From Lingula anatina (taxonomy: Eukaryota; Animalia; Brachiopoda), in the NCBI GenBank assembly GCA_051362555.1, contig CM120642.1:25296001-25360000 (forward strand): a stretch of 64,000 nt of DNA. The letters are read 5' to 3'. A program made the position numbers and the translations under genes. The notes below the pieces were generated by a model, which worked only from the letters and a program-made list of their open reading frames with translations, did not search any database and was not told the DNA's origin. Below are positions 60,270-64,000 of this stretch, piece by piece. The first letter of the stretch is position 1, and the number at the start of each line of letters is the position of its first letter.

Positions 60270-63200
60270 TCACTGAACACAAGTCTCTTCACAGTCTTCC
60301 ACTGTTTTAAATCTATTTTTGTTACCTCGGCAACCCCCATAGGTAAACAACTGGCAGTCTCCCGTCTCCATATTATAGTAATATCTGGGAAAGGATGCCT
60401 TGCATGGACCCTCCACCTTAGGATAGCTGCAGAGTTCTGGCAACTCTGTCATTTTTGATGGATTTTCTGAAATATGGCAGAATAGTGCAAACAGAAATAT
60501 TGTTTTTCTTTGATTATTTATGTATTTGTTTATTCACCAAAATCTTTCATTATGAAAAACAGATTCCAATTCCACATATCCAATGACATTTTTCAAAAAT
60601 ACTTTCCAGTATGTAAAATATACACCTGCAAATATCTTATCTTCAAAATTTCACATTTGCAATTCGATCATCCATAACACATTTTTGTACAATACTACAT
60701 ACACCTACAATTCAATGTTAAAGGGATAATAACTCTTCGTTTTGGCCAAAAAATGAATTTTCCTGGAGTAAACAACAATTTTCCCATACTTACCAATGGT
60801 TAATGAATCCATTTTTACATTCAAAGTTAGTCCCTGGTTTTTTTCTAAAAAGTTTGGTTTTTTTGTTAAAATCTCTTAAGAGATTATCACAGAGTACAGC
60901 CATCAATGGAAGTCACGTGATTTGAAGACAAGCTCAGATATCAGAATAATAGCTATAACTGCTGTTTTTGTGGTAAAACAGATACTATCATATTTCTTTG
61001 AGTTGTTCACAATGTTTTTATTGTGAAATAAAGATATCATACAAGGAGTTATTATCCCTTTAAGTAAGATTTGTTTTCCAAATAAAATTCAGTGCTTCCA
61101 ACCTTTTCTTGATTCTGATCCTTGGAGCATAACTGGTTCTTCAAAGAATTCACTGTCATCTGGGCGATTACTGGCTTCCTCCATTTCTTCCTCTTTTTCT
61201 TCCTCTTCTTGCTCAATTTCAACACCATTCAATGAATCTTTTTGTACTGGTTCGTTTTCTTCTGGATCTCCTTCTTCATCATCATCAAACAATTCTTGGA
61301 TTTGTGGTGCTTGCACTACTTCTCTTTCTGTTAAGAGTTTACAAGATAAATACTAAAGCTTTCTATACTTGTATGTGTCATTCATATTTGTAATTTAAGC
61401 ATCTAAATCTTAATTATACAGAATTTTAAAAAATTATAACCAGAAGATAGGTGTAAAATGAAAATGTTATTATATCATAACCAAAGTATAACTCCAACAT
61501 AATGTGACATTAAAAATACTTGTCACATTTCTTAAAGATCAGAACAGCTTAAAAGTATTAGATTCTTCTCACGTTGTACAAGATTGATAATTTTTTTCTA
61601 TTTGCTACCTGATGTAGGGGAATGTAGAATTTTTCTCTGAAATCTTGACAATGGTAATTAGAAGTTTTGAAGATCTGTTTGTGATCACATCAGACATTAT
61701 TTTCATTTGTGAAATAGAATCTTAAAATAATGAAATACTGGAATGAGTGGAATTTTCAAAAGTTGTGAAAAATTACCATATGCAGATAGTGGGAAATGAA
61801 CAGAAGGGAGAACTAACTTAAACAACAGGATCATGAAACCCACACCTTGACTTAATTCAGGCACGTTTACAGTTAACTTGGGTTGATACAATTTACCTAA
61901 AAATGATGTTTGATTGTAACTACCTCACCACTGGAAGCAAAATGCCCAGTTCATGGCCATCTTAATTGAGGTTAAGTGTCTTCCCCTCCCCTGACTTTCC
62001 CCATTTTTTATCATGTCACAGAAAATCCATCATCTTTGTAAACTCTTACTTTAACAAATTTAAAGAATGAACTCCACAAAAAGGAGATAGAATCCTTTCT
62101 CAGATTTTTTGGATGAATATTTTTTAAAGCAGTCTATTATCTCAATGCACAAATAATGATCCAGTGGACAAGAATAACAACACCATTAAAAAACAATTCC
62201 AGTAGCAGCTCTTTTAATTTAGATAAACTTTAATTTAGATAAAAGTATTTGTTGATCTTATTTACTTTTCATTTTCTGAAGGCTATAACCAATATATTCA
62301 TTTAATCACTAGCTTTTCTGTATTCTATCCAATGCCAAAAGGAGGCATATTAATCTGTTAATCTCACTGCATTCAGTGAGAGTTGCCACGGAGTTGGTTC
62401 GATTTATGTAGAATGACAGATTCATGGGGAATGAGCCCTAGGACTAGAAGCCAGACAGCCCCACCCACCTTCACAGTAATACTGGTCCTGTGGGTCCCAG
62501 ATCAGCTTTCTTGCCAGCCCTGGGACTGCCAAACACCTCATAGTAGAGGTGCCGACTAGGTAAAACCCTGGGTTACATTTCAATGTGACCTGTGAACCTA
62601 GTTTAGTCTCTGTGCCTTCTATGTAACCATTCTCTGGAGGTATGGGAGGATTGCAATTTGTGGGGAACGCTAGAGAAATACAGAAATTATACAGAGATAT
62701 CATCAAGAATATGGTTATGTCTGAATATAAAAAGTTTAAAAACACCAAAATGTTATTTTCATCTGACAAATAATTACATCCAATCTCCATTAGTATATAA
62801 ATCTATTCTATCAATATGTGACTTTATCTTGAATAATCTAAATAAATATATAAATAATAATAATAAATATCACTTTTTATAGCCTCAGCTGTAAAATAGG
62901 CACATAAAATAAAAATTGAGCCATTTTCAAAACTTGTACATCTATTTGTATCTATCACAGAAGTGCACGTTATCACTAAAAACTGATTTATCATCTTTGT
63001 TTTTATTTGTTTATCAATTTCTATACATCCAACCATAAAAACAAGTATGGTTTTCATGCAATATTGGACATAAACAGCTGCACGTGAGCCTGCACTCCTA
63101 CAGAGGTAAAGACCTCTGACAACACCTTATCTCCGAGCAGACGTTCAAGTTCACACACTATTGAATAAGACGTTTGGCCGGTGTCCATAGGCTACCCCGA

Positions 63201-63405
63201 TAGAGACTGGCCGACTTAAAATATTTTGTTTTTTACCTTCGTCTGCAGAATTTACACCTCGATCCTCGGGGTCTTCTTCCCTATCATATATTTCAACTTC
63301 CTCAACGGGCAAATCTCCATCGTACCCTTGAGATATAACTGAATAGGGCGTTATAAATAACAGAACTAAAGTCAACGCCTGCAGGCAACGCCAGGTCCTC
63401 GCCAT
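60270..63405 (-). CDS. Secreted ~263-aa protein: signal peptide, acidic segment, Sushi/CCP domain, acidic linker, Kunitz/BPTI domain; four exons
   Basis: Exons 63405-63237, 62669-62469 (CNPPIPPENG...CNPGFYLVG...C...W...C), 61327-61103 (E/D-rich) and 60466-60270 (C...GPCKASFPRYYYN...CQLFTYGGCRGNKNRF.T.EDCEETC). All introns are phase 1. Confidence 0.87.
60722..61059. mobile_element. Intact ~338-bp TTAA-flanked MITE (Kolobok/T2-like), same family as 16904-20594, inverted
   Basis: TTAA at 60718-60721 and 61060-61063; TIRs AGGGATAATAACTC / GAGTTATTATCCCT; internal sequence is collinear with the split copy. Confidence 0.9.
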
Positions 63406-63837
63406 TTTGTACAGTGGGCGAGTAGTGTCAGCCACGTGACTTAAAGTTTAAAGATAAGGAAAGAGACATTACCAATGTAAGCCTAACATTGGGTACCAAG
63501 ATCATGCTGTACTGTAAACATTGCCAGCTGATAAAATGTCTCGGGACAAGTGTTGTCATGTTAGAGTTTAAGACTATAGTACTTACTTGCAACTTACAAC
63601 TTCTTGTATTTAGTGATGAATTATTCTGTTTTACAATCAATCAAATCATGTCACGGTATTTTAAAAATACATAGCAGACGATTTCCAGTTTTAAGTACGA
63701 AGTGGGCGTAGCACTTTACTTCCTCGTTTTGAATTTCGCGGTGGAGGCTTGAATATCAGGTGACCTCACATAGAAAACGTGAATATGCGAGACTTTCAGT
63801 TCAGCGTGTCACTTCCGGTTTTTTAGCAGTCGGCAAG
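63406..63837. promoter_or_regulatory. Putative bidirectional promoter between the Sushi-Kunitz gene and UFM1
   Basis: Divergent start codons are ~430 bp apart. ETS-like CACTTCCGG at ~63810 and GCCACGTG at 63431. Confidence 0.55.
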
Positions 63838-63984
63838 ATGTGAGTAAAACCAAATATCTTTGCAATATGTTGTTGATTTGAATGGCAAGAATGAGATGAT
63901 GTGACTGATTCTATATTTATGTTTTAGGTCGAAGGTCACTTTCAAGATAACGTTAACGTCGGATCCCAAACTCCCTTATAAAGT
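63838..63984 (+). CDS. UFM1: Ubiquitin-fold modifier 1, first two coding exons (continues beyond the window)
   Basis: AT (63838-63839)|gtgagt...ttttag|G TCG AAG GTC ACT TTC AAG ATA ACG TTA ACG TCG GAT CCC AAA CTC CCT TAT AAA GT|gtaagt translates to MSKVTFKITLTSDPKLPYKV. Confidence 0.93.
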
Positions 63985-64000
63985 GTAAGTACAAAGTAAA

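Overview
AT-rich, intron-rich animal genomic DNA; repeat types and gene content suggest a lophotrochozoan, probably a mollusc (inference). Genes in order: 3' half of YIPF5 (+); a two-exon Sulfotransfer_2/CHST-like gene with degenerate PAPS motifs (+); YIPF6 (-) head-to-head with CCDC134 (+), with start codons only 78 bp apart and a U12-type first intron in CCDC134; Drosha (+, about 29 coding exons); an intronless DUF229 CDS (-); an ~828-aa protein with a stathmin-like N-terminal region and 16 copies of a 19-aa repeat (-); an intronless GT31 beta-1,3-galactosyltransferase-like gene (+); a secreted Sushi/acidic/Kunitz protein (-); and the first two exons of UFM1 (+). The strongest finding is a full-length, intact RTE-clade retrotransposon in CCDC134 intron 2. 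Its first nucleotide, next to a 13-bp target-site duplication, is G1 of a well-formed HDV-like self-cleaving ribozyme fold. It is nested inside a TTAA-flanked MITE whose uninterrupted sister copy lies 40 kb away in the same window. Other highlights are a synonymously diverged duplicate of a Drosha RNase IIIb catalytic exon end, a Helentron/HINE-like element carrying 161-bp repeats, and a 22-bp perfect palindrome flanked by a 7-bp duplication. Exon boundaries were read by eye from splice signals and frame continuity. Family assignments come from recalled motifs, not database searches.
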